Of a DNA stretch of 56,181 bases, positions 24,351-32,939 are shown piece by piece. The DNA comes from a virus (lineage: Duplodnaviria > Caudoviricetes). The notes below the pieces were generated by a model. That model was given only the letters and a program-made list of their open reading frames with translations, was not told where the DNA came from and searched no databases. Both the position numbers and the translations under genes were made by a program. Location: IMG/VR virus record IMGVR_UViG_3300010412_000017, positions 1-56,181 of that record. One strand, written 5' to 3'. Every line of letters begins with the position of its first letter. Positions within the stretch are counted from its first letter, which is position 1.

Positions 24351-24757
24351 ATCAGTCCTCCGCTTGAGGGGGTTGTGTCCCAGGCGGGCTTGCCGAAAAG
24401 CCGCACCGCCTGGTACATCACCGCCCGCTTCCAGCGGCGTACCTTCAGCTCCTCCATGGCGGCCAGGAAGGTCATGTCGGCGTGCAGCCGGGTCCCGTCG
24501 TGGGCCTGGTAGAGGTAGTCGTGCAGCACCGCGGCAGCGGTGTAGCGCCCGAAGGGCGGCAGGATGGCCCAGAAGGCCCGCGGGATGCTCGCCAGGTCGG
24601 TCTGGAAACCGGCCCGCACCACGATCCGCCGGGGGCCGCCGGCCCGCACGATCACCTCCATCGGCACGCGGTACTCGAGCTGCTCGACCAGCACCCAGCG
24701 GCGCTCGTCATCGTCCACCGGACGGATGGTCAAATGGCTGTTGGCGATCAAGGGCAC
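24347..24757 (-). CDS. DUF1353-family protein
   Basis: GFQTDLASIP...AAVLHDYLY...ADMTF..AM...MYQAVRLFG; GTG start behind AGGAG. Confidence 0.8.
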   Translation of the reverse strand: MPLIANSHLTIRPVDDDERRWVLVEQLEYRVPMEVIVRAGGPRRIVVRAGFQTDLASIPRAFWAILPPFGRYTAAAVLHDYLYQAHDGTRLHADMTFLAAMEELKVRRWKRAVMYQAVRLFGKPAWDTTPSSGGLI

Positions 24758-24934
24758 CTCCTGTCCTGCTCTGCCAGTATCTGGATCTCGCGCAGCCGGC
24801 AGTCCAGGTGGTTCGCTTCCGCCTCGGCCCGCAGCGCTCGTTGGCGCCACTCGTTCAGGCGGGCGATCAGCTGGTTGATGTCGCTCAACCGCTCACCGCA
24901 ATGGTCGCACCTGAAAATGCTAAATGGCGTCAGC
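24748..24934 (-). CDS. Small hypothetical protein with CxxC (start uncertain)
   Basis: RCDHCGERL followed by a coiled segment; fills the gap between neighbours. Confidence 0.4.
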
Positions 24935-24937
24935 CCT

Positions 24938-25105
24938 TTATCGTCCGCTTCGCTTGTTGGCTTCAATGGCACGGCCCTGGGTCTCCGCTTTCGCCCGCGC
25001 TCGCGCCTTGCTCCGCTCACTGCCGGGAGTGTAGGTGTAGCAGGTACCGGCCTCGCCCCACTTGAAGCCGGGCCGGCCCTGCAGTTGGCACGCCTGGACC
25101 GGCAT
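24938..25105 (-). CDS. Small basic phage protein (55 aa)
   Basis: Below the ORF-track cutoff; MPVQACQLQGRPGFKWGEAGTCYTYTPGSERSKARARAKAETQGRAIEANKRSGR, TGATG-coupled to the upstream gene. Confidence 0.7.
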   Translation of the reverse strand: MPVQACQLQGRPGFKWGEAGTCYTYTPGSERSKARARAKAETQGRAIEANKRSGR

Positions 25106-25518
25106 CAAAGGTTCAGGATGATGACCGCTGGCGGCTTCAGGAAGGCCGGGGGTATCTCCTTGACCGCTTCAGCGCTCATGCCGGACCAGACGCCGTTCTT
25201 GGCCTGTACTCGGGCGCGGACGTAGTAGGTCTGGCCGGCCTGGACCGTGATCTGGGCGCTGCCGTCGGCCACCGGGACCACAGTCGGGGTGAAACCGGAG
25301 GGCGGGGGGTCGCCGGCCGAGGTGCACGCCTCCTCGGCGTTCGCCGGGCCGGGTATCGGCTTTGTGTCGACGTAGATCTCGATGTTGGCGAGCTGGGTGG
25401 CGTCCAGGGCTATGCCCTCGCAGTCCTCGGTCGGTGCCGACCAGTTGAGCTGCAGGGTGGCGGCGCCGGCGGTGCCGGCCATGGCGAAAAGCGCGAGCGC
25501 GCAGAGGATGCGTTTCAT
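25105..25518 (-). CDS. Secreted fibronectin type III-like protein
   Basis: Signal peptide MKRILCALALFAMAGTAGA; LQLNWSAPT...IEIY...GQTYYVRARV...SGMSAE Fn3 pattern. Confidence 0.7.
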   Translation of the reverse strand: MKRILCALALFAMAGTAGAATLQLNWSAPTEDCEGIALDATQLANIEIYVDTKPIPGPANAEEACTSAGDPPPSGFTPTVVPVADGSAQITVQAGQTYYVRARVQAKNGVWSGMSAEAVKEIPPAFLKPPAVIILNL

Positions 25519-25546
25519 GGTGCGTTGTTCTCCTTTGGGGTTGGGC

Positions 25547-25585
25547 AAAAAATAGGGCCCGACGGGGTTGCCCCCGTGGGCCCTA
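25547..25585 (-). terminator. Intrinsic terminator
   Basis: tagggccc-acggggg/ccccgt-cgggcccta hairpin followed by T6 on the minus strand. Confidence 0.7.
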
Positions 25586-25635
25586 CTAGCGAGAACCACG
25601 AAGGAGAACCAGTCCAGGTCGTGGCTGCGGCCATT

Positions 25636-26178
25636 TTAGTCGCTCGCCACCTCGGCGTCGAGGCTTTGCTGGACCTGGTGTGCCAGGTACAGCGCCATCA
25701 GCGCCGCTTCCGCCCGGTTGTGGTCCGCCTTGCGGCGTAGGGCTATCGGGTTGTTGAAAAGGGCCAGCGCCTTCTGGCGGCTGTCCTCCTTTTTGGTCTT
25801 GATCAGGCCGTAGTGCTTTTTCCACTCGTAGGGGTTGATGTGCCGGGTCTGCACCCAGGGCCGGTCGATCTGCAGAATGTCGATCACCGCCTCGATGGCG
25901 CCGGTGATGTTGCCCTGGCTGAACACGCCGATACTGCCGGTGACCGGCATGGCGTGGATCGCCTCGGTGCCGACGTAGGTCATCTGCTTGTGGCGGGAAA
26001 GCTCCAGGAGCATGCCCAGCAGGGCGGCGCCGTCCACGCGGGTGCGCCCGGTGTGGCGGATGCGGGTGGGCAGGTCCAGGATCGTCACGCTGTCCCGGTG
26101 CAGGCCGTCCATCACGGCGATGGCGCCGTCGACGCCGGGGTCGATGGCGATCACGCGGATCTCCTCGATCACCCCCAT
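25636..26178 (-). CDS. RuvC-like Holliday junction resolvase
   Basis: VIAIDPGVDGAIA, E, P.EWKK..GL, ADHNRAEAALMA motifs. Confidence 0.85.
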   Translation of the reverse strand: MGVIEEIRVIAIDPGVDGAIAVMDGLHRDSVTILDLPTRIRHTGRTRVDGAALLGMLLELSRHKQMTYVGTEAIHAMPVTGSIGVFSQGNITGAIEAVIDILQIDRPWVQTRHINPYEWKKHYGLIKTKKEDSRQKALALFNNPIALRRKADHNRAEAALMALYLAHQVQQSLDAEVASD

Positions 26179-26537
26179 GGGTCACGCTCGATGCCGGCCC
26201 AGCGCCAGGCGTTCTGCCCGGTCAGCCGGCAGACGCGGTCCATCAGCTCGACCTGGGTGCCGTGCTCGGCCTCCCAGCTCTGCACGCCCTTGCCGCCGTC
26301 GATGCCCTCGCTGCTCGTGGTGTGCAGCTCGGCCGCCAGCGGGATCACCAGGTAGTCGGAAATGCCGCGCAGGGCCCAGCCGGAATGGTGGCCCTCGTCG
26401 GCCAGGCTGCCGCCGTGGATGTGGTGAATGGTGGGGTTCGGCTTGCCGGTGATGAGGCAGCCCAGGGCGGCGACCTGGGTCCACCAGGCTTTGATCGTCG
26501 GCGGCTCAGCGGCCTCCGGCAAGGTGTCTAGTTCCAC
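26169..26537 (-). CDS. Ref/DUF968-like HNH-type nuclease
   Basis: VAALGCLITG...IHHIHGG...SDYLVIPLAAELH...WEAEHGTQVEL. Confidence 0.7.
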   Translation of the reverse strand: MELDTLPEAAEPPTIKAWWTQVAALGCLITGKPNPTIHHIHGGSLADEGHHSGWALRGISDYLVIPLAAELHTTSSEGIDGGKGVQSWEAEHGTQVELMDRVCRLTGQNAWRWAGIERDPWG

Positions 26538-26644
26538 GCGGTTCCCCCCGTTCTCGTATGGCTATCTTAACGGGTGTTGCCGTTTGTTGACACCCTAAAA
26601 AGGGGGCAAATTTGCCCCCTCGGTCCTGCACTGTCCAGGTTTGT

Positions 26645-27133
26645 TTATCGAGCGCCGTCCGCCGCTTGCGCGAACTCCTCGCCGTCGTCGATGTCGTCGC
26701 TGTAGGCGCCGGTGTCGGCATCTATTGCAATGCCGCCGATGGGCCAGCCTGGCGGGTAGCTCTCCTGGATGGCGTCCCGGTCGTCGTCAAACAGGCCGTA
26801 GCTGTACTGGTCGCTCGGGCCGTTCACGCGGGTCTGGTAGCGGTGCATCACGCCCCAACAGCCGAGGTAGGCGTCATGCAGGGCCTGGTCCTGGACGCTG
26901 CTCTTGAAGTTGGGGTAGTCGATGCCGGTCACCAGGTTGGCGACGGCCATGGCCACCTGGGCCTTGGGCAGCATCACGCGCCAGCGGTAGTCGGCCTGCC
27001 GGGTCTCGATAGGCTCGTAGTCGGGGAAGTGCGCCTCTAGGGCTTGGCGGTCTCTTGACCGCACGATGAGGATGCCTGGGTGGTCCCGGTGCTCGACCAG
27101 GCTCAGCATCCCCTTGTTTGTCATGATCCACAT
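26645..27133 (-). CDS. Conserved phage hypothetical protein
   Basis: Start MWIMTNKGMLSLV behind AGGAGAACC; VRSR, ADYRWR, IDYPNFK motifs. Confidence 0.7.
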   Translation of the reverse strand: MWIMTNKGMLSLVEHRDHPGILIVRSRDRQALEAHFPDYEPIETRQADYRWRVMLPKAQVAMAVANLVTGIDYPNFKSSVQDQALHDAYLGCWGVMHRYQTRVNGPSDQYSYGLFDDDRDAIQESYPPGWPIGGIAIDADTGAYSDDIDDGEEFAQAADGAR

Positions 27134-27162
27134 TGCGGTTCTCCTGTCTGTTGTTCTCGACT

Positions 27163-27498
27163 TTACACTTTCAGCTCGTGAATGGCACGCAGTAGCTCCG
27201 GGTTGCTCCAGGCCTTCAGGTTGTGGGTGCTGCCGGGTGGCCGGCGGGCGGCCTTCTCGGCAAGCTCCCAGGCCACCTGATGGTTGGCCCGTCTGGCCCG
27301 GTTGTCCAGGGCCCGGATAAAGGTGCGCTCCAGCACCCAGCGCCACTGCTCCTCGTCCTCCTCGGGCCGCGTGCCGTTGGCGCCCAGCAGCTTGACCACC
27401 AGCGGTGAAACCGCCACCGCCACCGCGATCCAAACGACCAGGGCGGCGATGATAGCCAGCGGCCAATGCTGGACGGCCAGGTCCAGCAGCCGGCTCAT
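27163..27498 (-). CDS. Membrane-anchored hypothetical protein
   Basis: N-terminal TM helix; ATGA overlap with the upstream gene. Confidence 0.55.
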   Translation of the reverse strand: MSRLLDLAVQHWPLAIIAALVVWIAVAVAVSPLVVKLLGANGTRPEEDEEQWRWVLERTFIRALDNRARRANHQVAWELAEKAARRPPGSTHNLKAWSNPELLRAIHELKV

Positions 27499-27800
27499 GT
27501 CTGCTCTCCTTTCACCTCCGCCACCGGCGGGATCTCCACGCGTTCGGCCAGATCGGCCTTTCCCAGCAGCTGGTTGGCGAACTCGCGGGCGCCGGCCGGC
27601 GGCATGGCAAACCAGGTCACCGGATGCGGGAAGGCCACCGCGACGCGGCCGTCCTGCACGCCCATGGCGATGCTCACCTGGCCGTCGTCGTTGGGCAGCA
27701 GCTTGCCGTCAGGGTACTGGGGCTGGTTGCCCTCGGCTTGCTTGCGCTGCAGCTCATCGAGAATGTGCTGCGGTATCGGGGGTCTCTTGTTCTGGTCCAT
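27495..27800 (-). CDS. Hypothetical protein
   Basis: 101 aa with GAGGAG RBS; YPDGKL..NDDG...F..PVTW motif. Confidence 0.65.
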   Translation of the reverse strand: MDQNKRPPIPQHILDELQRKQAEGNQPQYPDGKLLPNDDGQVSIAMGVQDGRVAVAFPHPVTWFAMPPAGAREFANQLLGKADLAERVEIPPVAEVKGEQT

Positions 27801-27816
27801 GGTCTACTCCTCGCTG

Positions 27817-28245
27817 TTAGAAGGGGATGTCGTCGTCAAAGTCGGCCTCGTCGCCGCCCTGGGTGCTCTGTGCTGGCGCCGTTTGGGCTTGGCCGCCGCT
27901 CCGATGGTCGGAGCCGTCCTTGCTGCGCAGGCCGCGCATGTTCTGTACCTGCAGTCTAGTCGAGTAGCGGTCGTTGCCCTCCTTGTCCTGCCATTTGTCG
28001 GTGCGCATGTTGCCCTGCACAAACACGAGGTCGCCCTTGCGCCGGTACTCGCCGACCAGCTCGGCCAGCTTCCCGAAGCAGCGGCAGTTGTACCACTCGG
28101 TGTGCTCGCGCTTATCGCCGCTCTGCTTGTCCTTCCAGCTCTCTGTCGTTGCGACGCTGAACTCCGCCACCGCCGATCCGCTCGGCAGGTAGCGCACTTC
28201 CGGGTCCTTGCCCAGGTATCCGATCACGGTTGTCTGGTGAAACAT
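27817..28245 (-). CDS. ssb: Single-stranded DNA-binding protein
   Basis: IGYLGKDPEVRY...ATTESWKDKQSG...TEWY; C-terminal DFDDDIPF. Confidence 0.95.
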   Translation of the reverse strand: MFHQTTVIGYLGKDPEVRYLPSGSAVAEFSVATTESWKDKQSGDKREHTEWYNCRCFGKLAELVGEYRRKGDLVFVQGNMRTDKWQDKEGNDRYSTRLQVQNMRGLRSKDGSDHRSGGQAQTAPAQSTQGGDEADFDDDIPF

Positions 28246-28496
28246 CAGAGGCGCCCCCTTGATCCGACGGGCTTGCCGTCGAGGTAGTCGATGGTCACGC
28301 GCACGCGGTGGGTTGTCTTGGCGTCCGCGGTGTTGGTGAGGATCAGCTCCACGCCTGGGTCGCGGAACTGGGCGCCGCTGATCCGCCAGTGCTTGGTCTT
28401 GGCGGCGACGATCCCCTCGATCATCAGCTCCTTGGCCCGCTCGCAGGTCTGGCGCTGGATGCTTACTTCACGTTGCTCTTGTTGCTGTTGGTTCAT
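28245..28496 (-). CDS. Hypothetical protein
   Basis: MNQQQQEQ...; coupled to both neighbours. Confidence 0.55.
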   Translation of the reverse strand: MNQQQQEQREVSIQRQTCERAKELMIEGIVAAKTKHWRISGAQFRDPGVELILTNTADAKTTHRVRVTIDYLDGKPVGSRGRL

Positions 28497-29233
28497 GGCA
28501 TGTCTCCGTATTTGTACTGTTGCCACTCGTGGTAGGGATGGATGATCTGGTTCTCGTAGGCCAGCTGGGCCTCGCGCTCGTGGTCCAGGTACCGGCGGCT
28601 TTCCACGCCGGTGGTCACGCGCACGTACTCCGCCGCCGCGGCTTCCAGCTCGTGGCTGTCGGTCGTGTCGGCCTCGATGCGCCCGGTGGCCTGCAGGTAC
28701 TCCCAGAAGTCGGCGTCCTTGCACAGGCGGCCGGCGTGCTTGCTGATGGCGCCGCCGACCAGCTGGCCGCCCTGGGCCAGCTTTGGTTTGCTCTCGTGGT
28801 GAATGCGGGGGATCGGCTCGCCCTCGTCGTCGATCTCGACGAGGACCATCTGGAACCGGGTACCCGCTGCGCCGCGCATCCGGCGGCTGAAGTGTTTAAA
28901 CGGGTGCTCTGGGGCATCGTCTGGGTCCTCGGGCAGCCAGAACTCGACCTTGCGCCCTGCGCTGGCGGTCTCGCTCCAGTTGCTCAGCATCACCTCGCCC
29001 TGGTAGCTGATCAGGGCCTGGGCGTCCTCGCCCTGGGGCCCTGCCTGGGCGGCTCGCGCCATCTTGAGCACGCCGACAATGCCGGCGGCGTCCTCGATGC
29101 GGCGCTGGGCCTCGGCCGCGGTCAGCTTCTTGCGCTCCACCAGGGTCGGGTAGTGCGCCTGCCGCTCGGCCAGGGTGTGCTCGGCCTCCTGGATCATGCG
29201 GTCCAGGTGGGGTGTGGGTGGCTTGGTTGTCAT
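28493..29233 (-). CDS. Hypothetical multi-segment phage protein
   Basis: 246 aa, AGGAGG RBS; C-terminal LCKDADFWEYL...GVESR..LD motif. Confidence 0.65.
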   Translation of the reverse strand: MTTKPPTPHLDRMIQEAEHTLAERQAHYPTLVERKKLTAAEAQRRIEDAAGIVGVLKMARAAQAGPQGEDAQALISYQGEVMLSNWSETASAGRKVEFWLPEDPDDAPEHPFKHFSRRMRGAAGTRFQMVLVEIDDEGEPIPRIHHESKPKLAQGGQLVGGAISKHAGRLCKDADFWEYLQATGRIEADTTDSHELEAAAAEYVRVTTGVESRRYLDHEREAQLAYENQIIHPYHEWQQYKYGDMP

Positions 29234-29241
29234 GGGTCCTC

Positions 29242-29949
29242 CTACTCGTTGGCTTCAGGCAAGTCCTCGGCCTGCTCCTCCGGCAGGTCGGTGCTCATCC
29301 CCAGCGTCGCCTTGATCTGGGCCATGGCTCGCATGCCCTTCTCGATGTCGCGTTGCTTGATCTCCGGCTGGGCCAACCGGACGGCGTCCGGTGGCGCGAC
29401 CGGCGGGAGCCGGATCGTTTTCCCGTGCTGCAGGGCCTCCAGCGTCGCCTTCCAGGCTTTCAGAAAGGCGGGCTTGCCCTGGCTTTCGCTCATCCGGCGG
29501 AAGGCCCACGCGCCGCCACAGGCCGTCACGGCGTGGTGAATGCCGCGGTGCCAGTATTCCCCGCGGCAGGCGGCCTGGTAGGCCTCCTCGGGCTCCATCA
29601 GCTTGTGGTCGGCGTAGTCGCCCAGGCACCAGGCGATGAACTCCGGCAGCTTGGCCGGGTGCTCGCGCCCGCTGGCGATGGCCTTACCGATGCCGCGCTT
29701 GATCTGGTAGTCGTTCAGCGGCGTCAGGGCCTTGATCCACATCGGGTTCGGCTTCTCGCCAAAACTCGCCGGCCAGAGGGTCCCGTAGGTCTGGGTCATC
29801 ACCACCCAGAGCCGCTTCATGCGCTTCTCGTGATGCTCCGCTGCCTGCTCCCGCTCGGCTTGCGCGTCGTGCCAGCTCTTGTTGGCAGTCCTCATCGTTT
29901 GCTCGCATCGCTCGCTCGTAGGGAGAAAGTCTCCGATCTGCTTGGCCAT
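29242..29949 (-). CDS. Replication protein P-like (putative helicase loader); start uncertain
   Basis: LW..M...YG..W...FG...W..AL..L...QIKRGI...P.LPEF..WC, directly after the initiator gene. Confidence 0.7.
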   Translation of the reverse strand: MAKQIGDFLPTSERCEQTMRTANKSWHDAQAEREQAAEHHEKRMKRLWVVMTQTYGTLWPASFGEKPNPMWIKALTPLNDYQIKRGIGKAIASGREHPAKLPEFIAWCLGDYADHKLMEPEEAYQAACRGEYWHRGIHHAVTACGGAWAFRRMSESQGKPAFLKAWKATLEALQHGKTIRLPPVAPPDAVRLAQPEIKQRDIEKGMRAMAQIKATLGMSTDLPEEQAEDLPEANE

Positions 29950-30616
29950 GGTGCGCCTCCTGTTGTGGCTTGGTCTCATCGGTCCAGCGCTCGTGCCTCA
30001 GATAGCGAACGCCGTAGGGTATGTATTTCGGGTCTCGTGTCCCTTGGTGGATCTCCTCGTTCCACTGCCGGGTGTGCTCGATGATCTCGTCCGCCTTGTC
30101 GTCGAGGTGCTTTCGCTTCCAGACCTCCTTGGCCTGTTTCTTTTCCTCGCCCCTGGGGTAGAGCTTCCACCACGCCTCGAAGCGCTCGCCGGACCCCCCT
30201 GGGGGGGTAGGGGGGGTTGGTTCTATTACCTCGTTCTGTTTATTACCTAGTTCGGGGGGCAATTCGCCCCCCATAGGGGGGTCAATTCGCCCCCCCTGGG
30301 GGGTCACTGTGCCCCCCCTGGTCAAATTGTCCGCCCCCGGCATGCCGGCCCAGTAGGCCGGTCCCAGGGCCCAGGTTCGCCCGGTCTTGGTGTCGGCGTC
30401 CTCTGGCACCAGGTAGTCGCCCGCTTCCAGCTCACGAAGGGCCCGCATCACCGTCCGGCGGTCCATGCAGACCATGTCGCTCAGCGTCTTGACCGTGGGG
30501 TAGCTGCCCTCGCTCTTGTCCTTGTCGGTGAAATAGGCCACGGCCATCAGGACGAACTTGTCCCTCGGTGCCATCTTGATGTGCCGAAGGGCACGGCCGA
30601 TCTGCCAGTAGGCCAT
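29684..30616 (-). CDS. Replication initiator (lambda O-like, winged HTH)
   Basis: SYPTVKTLSDMVCMDRRTVMRALRELE HTH; FEAWWKLYPR..K..A..W and YL...RW.DE C-terminal domain; contains iterons. Confidence 0.85.
   Translation of the reverse strand: MAYWQIGRALRHIKMAPRDKFVLMAVAYFTDKDKSEGSYPTVKTLSDMVCMDRRTVMRALRELEAGDYLVPEDADTKTGRTWALGPAYWAGMPGADNLTRGGTVTPQGGRIDPPMGGELPPELGNKQNEVIEPTPPTPPGGSGERFEAWWKLYPRGEEKKQAKEVWKRKHLDDKADEIIEHTRQWNEEIHQGTRDPKYIPYGVRYLRHERWTDETKPQQEAHHGQADRRLSPYERAMRANDEDCQQELARRASRAGAGSGASREAHEAALGGDDPDLRDPLAGEFWREAEPDVDQGPDAAERLPDQARHR
30219..30338. other. Putative replication origin: four ~22-bp iteron-like repeats plus an AT-rich flank
   Basis: GGGGGGCAATTCGCCCCCC, GGGGGGTCAATTCGCCCCCCC, GGGGGGTCACTGTGCCCCCCC, GGTCAAATTGTCCGCCCCC next to ttctattacctcgttctgtttattacc. 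Confidence 0.7.
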
Positions 30617-30766
30617 CGCTTGGTTCTCCTGTTGGTTCATTGTTGTGGTCCTCGCTATCGAGGGCGGCCTGCCAGGTTGCCCTGGTTGGCCGCCGTTGTG
30701 CAAGCCCTTCTCGTGGCTCGCTTTCTGAAACTCCCGGAAACGCGTCCCAGCGCGTCCATAGTCGTT

Positions 30767-30895
30767 TCAACGCACCCGTATTGTACCCAATGCCTCCGCC
30801 AATTGCCCGATACTTTCGGCTGCCAGGCCCGCCAGGGCTGCCACCGCCGAAATGGCGAGCAGGAGGATCAGGACCGCTCCGGTCTTGTCGTTCAT
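30767..30895 (-). CDS. 42-aa membrane peptide
   Basis: MNDKTGAVLILLLAISAVAALAGLAAESIGQLAEALGTIRVR; ATGA-coupled. Confidence 0.55.
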   Translation of the reverse strand: MNDKTGAVLILLLAISAVAALAGLAAESIGQLAEALGTIRVR

Positions 30896-31119
30896 CGCTT
30901 GGTTCCCCTTGGTTTGCGCCACTTGTCCGCCTGCTGGCAGCTCGCAAAATGCGAGGCGTGGGTCCCGTACTGAAACAGCGGGGTGGCGTCGTCGTCGTAT
31001 TCCAGCTCGGCCTCGTCCACGCTGTCGGCGTCTACTGGCATCATTTGTCCCTGCTCGGTGCGCATCCACACGATGGCTGCACCGCAGCTCCGGCAGGTTC
31101 CCTGCCTGACCGGCCTCAT
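30892..31119 (-). CDS. Small zinc-binding phage protein
   Basis: CRSCGAAIVW...MPVD...SHFASC. Confidence 0.7.
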   Translation of the reverse strand: MRPVRQGTCRSCGAAIVWMRTEQGQMMPVDADSVDEAELEYDDDATPLFQYGTHASHFASCQQADKWRKPRGTKR

Positions 31120-31610
31120 TCCGGCTCTCCCAGCACCAGGGTGTAGGCGCCGTACTTGCCGGCCACCGGCACCACCGCCAGGATCTTGCGCCCCTCGTGC
31201 TCGATCAGGGCGCGGGCCACGTCCTCGGCGTATTCGCCCTCCTCGAAGTAGATGGAGTTGCCCGGCTCCTCCTGGGCGTTCTCCACCAGGCGAAGGTCGC
31301 CAAACCGGCGCTTCATCTCCTTGTAGCGTCGCTCGACCTCGGTGTTGATCACCCGCTCCCGCTCCTCGTCGCTTAGCGACTCCTCGGCCTCGTGCAGCTC
31401 CCGGCGCACCTCAAACTGGCGCCGCATCAGCTCGGCGATCTCCTTGTCCGCCTTCTCGCGCTGCTCCTTGGCGTGCTGCTTGACCGTCCACTCGGCCGCC
31501 TTGAGCGCGATCTCCCGCGCCCGCTCCTCGTAGACCCAGGGCCAGCCGGTGTCGGACGGCCGCGGGTCGAAGGGCCCGCCTACCGGGTCCCATGCGTCGT
31601 CGTTACTCAT
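31116..31610 (-). CDS. Hypothetical coiled-coil protein
   Basis: Charged helical ORF, ATGA-coupled on both sides. Confidence 0.6.
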   Translation of the reverse strand: MSNDDAWDPVGGPFDPRPSDTGWPWVYEERAREIALKAAEWTVKQHAKEQREKADKEIAELMRRQFEVRRELHEAEESLSDEERERVINTEVERRYKEMKRRFGDLRLVENAQEEPGNSIYFEEGEYAEDVARALIEHEGRKILAVVPVAGKYGAYTLVLGEPE

Positions 31611-31855
31611 CGCCTTTCCCTCCACGGTTCTCCGCTCATCTCCTCACTGTAGGCCTTGGCGATGGATCTCAAAACGCCAACCGCCCAGAGGCGCTGCCAC
31701 TTCACGTATTTGCGGGCCAGGATGCGCTGGCCGTGGTCGGTCTGCAGCGCGTTGATCAGCTGCAGGAGCATGTTGAATTGAACCACCAGCTTTGAATGGC
31801 TCATGCGCCCCTCGGTCTCCTCCTCCAGCAGCGACTCTCTCTCGGCGTCAGTCAT
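31607..31855 (-). CDS. Hypothetical protein
   Basis: MTDAERE... behind GGAGG. Confidence 0.55.
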   Translation of the reverse strand: MTDAERESLLEEETEGRMSHSKLVVQFNMLLQLINALQTDHGQRILARKYVKWQRLWAVGVLRSIAKAYSEEMSGEPWRERR

Positions 31856-32063
31856 GACGGTGCCCTCCATGCTTGGCCCGCATATGGTCCGCCAGGCCGC
31901 CCTCCTTTACCCGCTTCTCGCAGATCGGGCAGGTGGTGCGCTCCAGGCTGATCGGAAAGCCCGGCGCCTTGGTGCCGAATATCTCCTCGTTGAAGTCGCC
32001 GATGTACTCGCCGGTCTCCTCGTCGAGCAGGCCCTCCAGCATCATGTCTGCTATCTCACCCAT
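31848..32063 (-). CDS. Small protein with C-terminal C2H2-like finger
   Basis: MGEIADMMLEG...CPIC-x11-HMRAKH. Confidence 0.7.
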   Translation of the reverse strand: MGEIADMMLEGLLDEETGEYIGDFNEEIFGTKAPGFPISLERTTCPICEKRVKEGGLADHMRAKHGGHRHD

Positions 32064-32661
32064 GTCGGTTCTCCTGTTTCATCTCGTCGATGTACTTCTG
32101 TCGTTTCACCACCTGGGCTCCCGCTACCCGCTTCAGGGTTTTCACCGGCACCAGGCAGCCCAGGGTCTCGTTCAGTTGGTCGGTCTTGCGCTGGGGTCTC
32201 AGTGCCGTGGTCAGGTTCAGGTTGCTGTCGCACCAAAACCACCGCAGCAGCTTCAACCACGGAATGATCACCAGGTCGTCGCTCTGCAGGTAAAGATAGA
32301 GCAGCACGTCGGTGCGCAGGGTCTGCATCCAGCCTGGCTTCATGCCGCGCTCGTAGAAGCTCGCCTCGTCCTCCAGGTTCCGGTTGCTCCAGACCTCCAG
32401 AAACAGCGATCCGTAGCCGTTCACGCCCTTCGGGTCGTAGGCCGCCTCGACGCCCTTGATCTCGACCGCCACCAGCATTGGCTCCTGCCCCTCGCCCTGG
32501 TAGATGCTTGTCAGGGCGTCGCCGACGGTGTGCTGAAGAAACCGCGCCAGGGGCCCTTTCTCGGTGGGCACCCAGGCGCCGTCGGAGCGCACGTCCAGTA
32601 GCGGCATCAGCTTTTTAAGGGCCTTGCGCTCGGTCTCCTTGTTGTCGGCGTAGGTGGTCAT
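32056..32661 (-). CDS. Putative PD-(D/E)XK nuclease-fold protein
   Basis: Q..GD...AVEIK...GSLFLEVWSN...PGW...D.L.Y pattern. Confidence 0.55.
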   Translation of the reverse strand: MTTYADNKETERKALKKLMPLLDVRSDGAWVPTEKGPLARFLQHTVGDALTSIYQGEGQEPMLVAVEIKGVEAAYDPKGVNGYGSLFLEVWSNRNLEDEASFYERGMKPGWMQTLRTDVLLYLYLQSDDLVIIPWLKLLRWFWCDSNLNLTTALRPQRKTDQLNETLGCLVPVKTLKRVAGAQVVKRQKYIDEMKQENRHG

Positions 32662-32939
32662 TTGCGGGCTGCCCTCACGATGATGCCGTCCTCGTCCTCG
32701 TCGTCGAGCACCATGATCAGGTCGGCAAACTCCTTGCCCATCGCCTCGATCAGCTTCCCCATGCCGTCGATCAGCTCGGGCGGCGGTGGCTCGTCGGTGA
32801 CGCGCCCGCAGGCCATCACGATCAGCTCCGGGCCCATCTTGTGCTGGAGTAGCTTGTCGAGCACGTTGCAGGCGGCCACGCCGGCGATGGCGTCGCGCTT
32901 GGTCATCGGTTGCCTGTTCAGCCAGTCTTGCATGTTCAT
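32658..32939 (-). CDS. Hypothetical protein
   Basis: MNMQDWL... behind AAGGAG; ATGA-coupled. Confidence 0.55.
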   Translation of the reverse strand: MNMQDWLNRQPMTKRDAIAGVAACNVLDKLLQHKMGPELIVMACGRVTDEPPPPELIDGMGKLIEAMGKEFADLIMVLDDEDEDGIIVRAARK

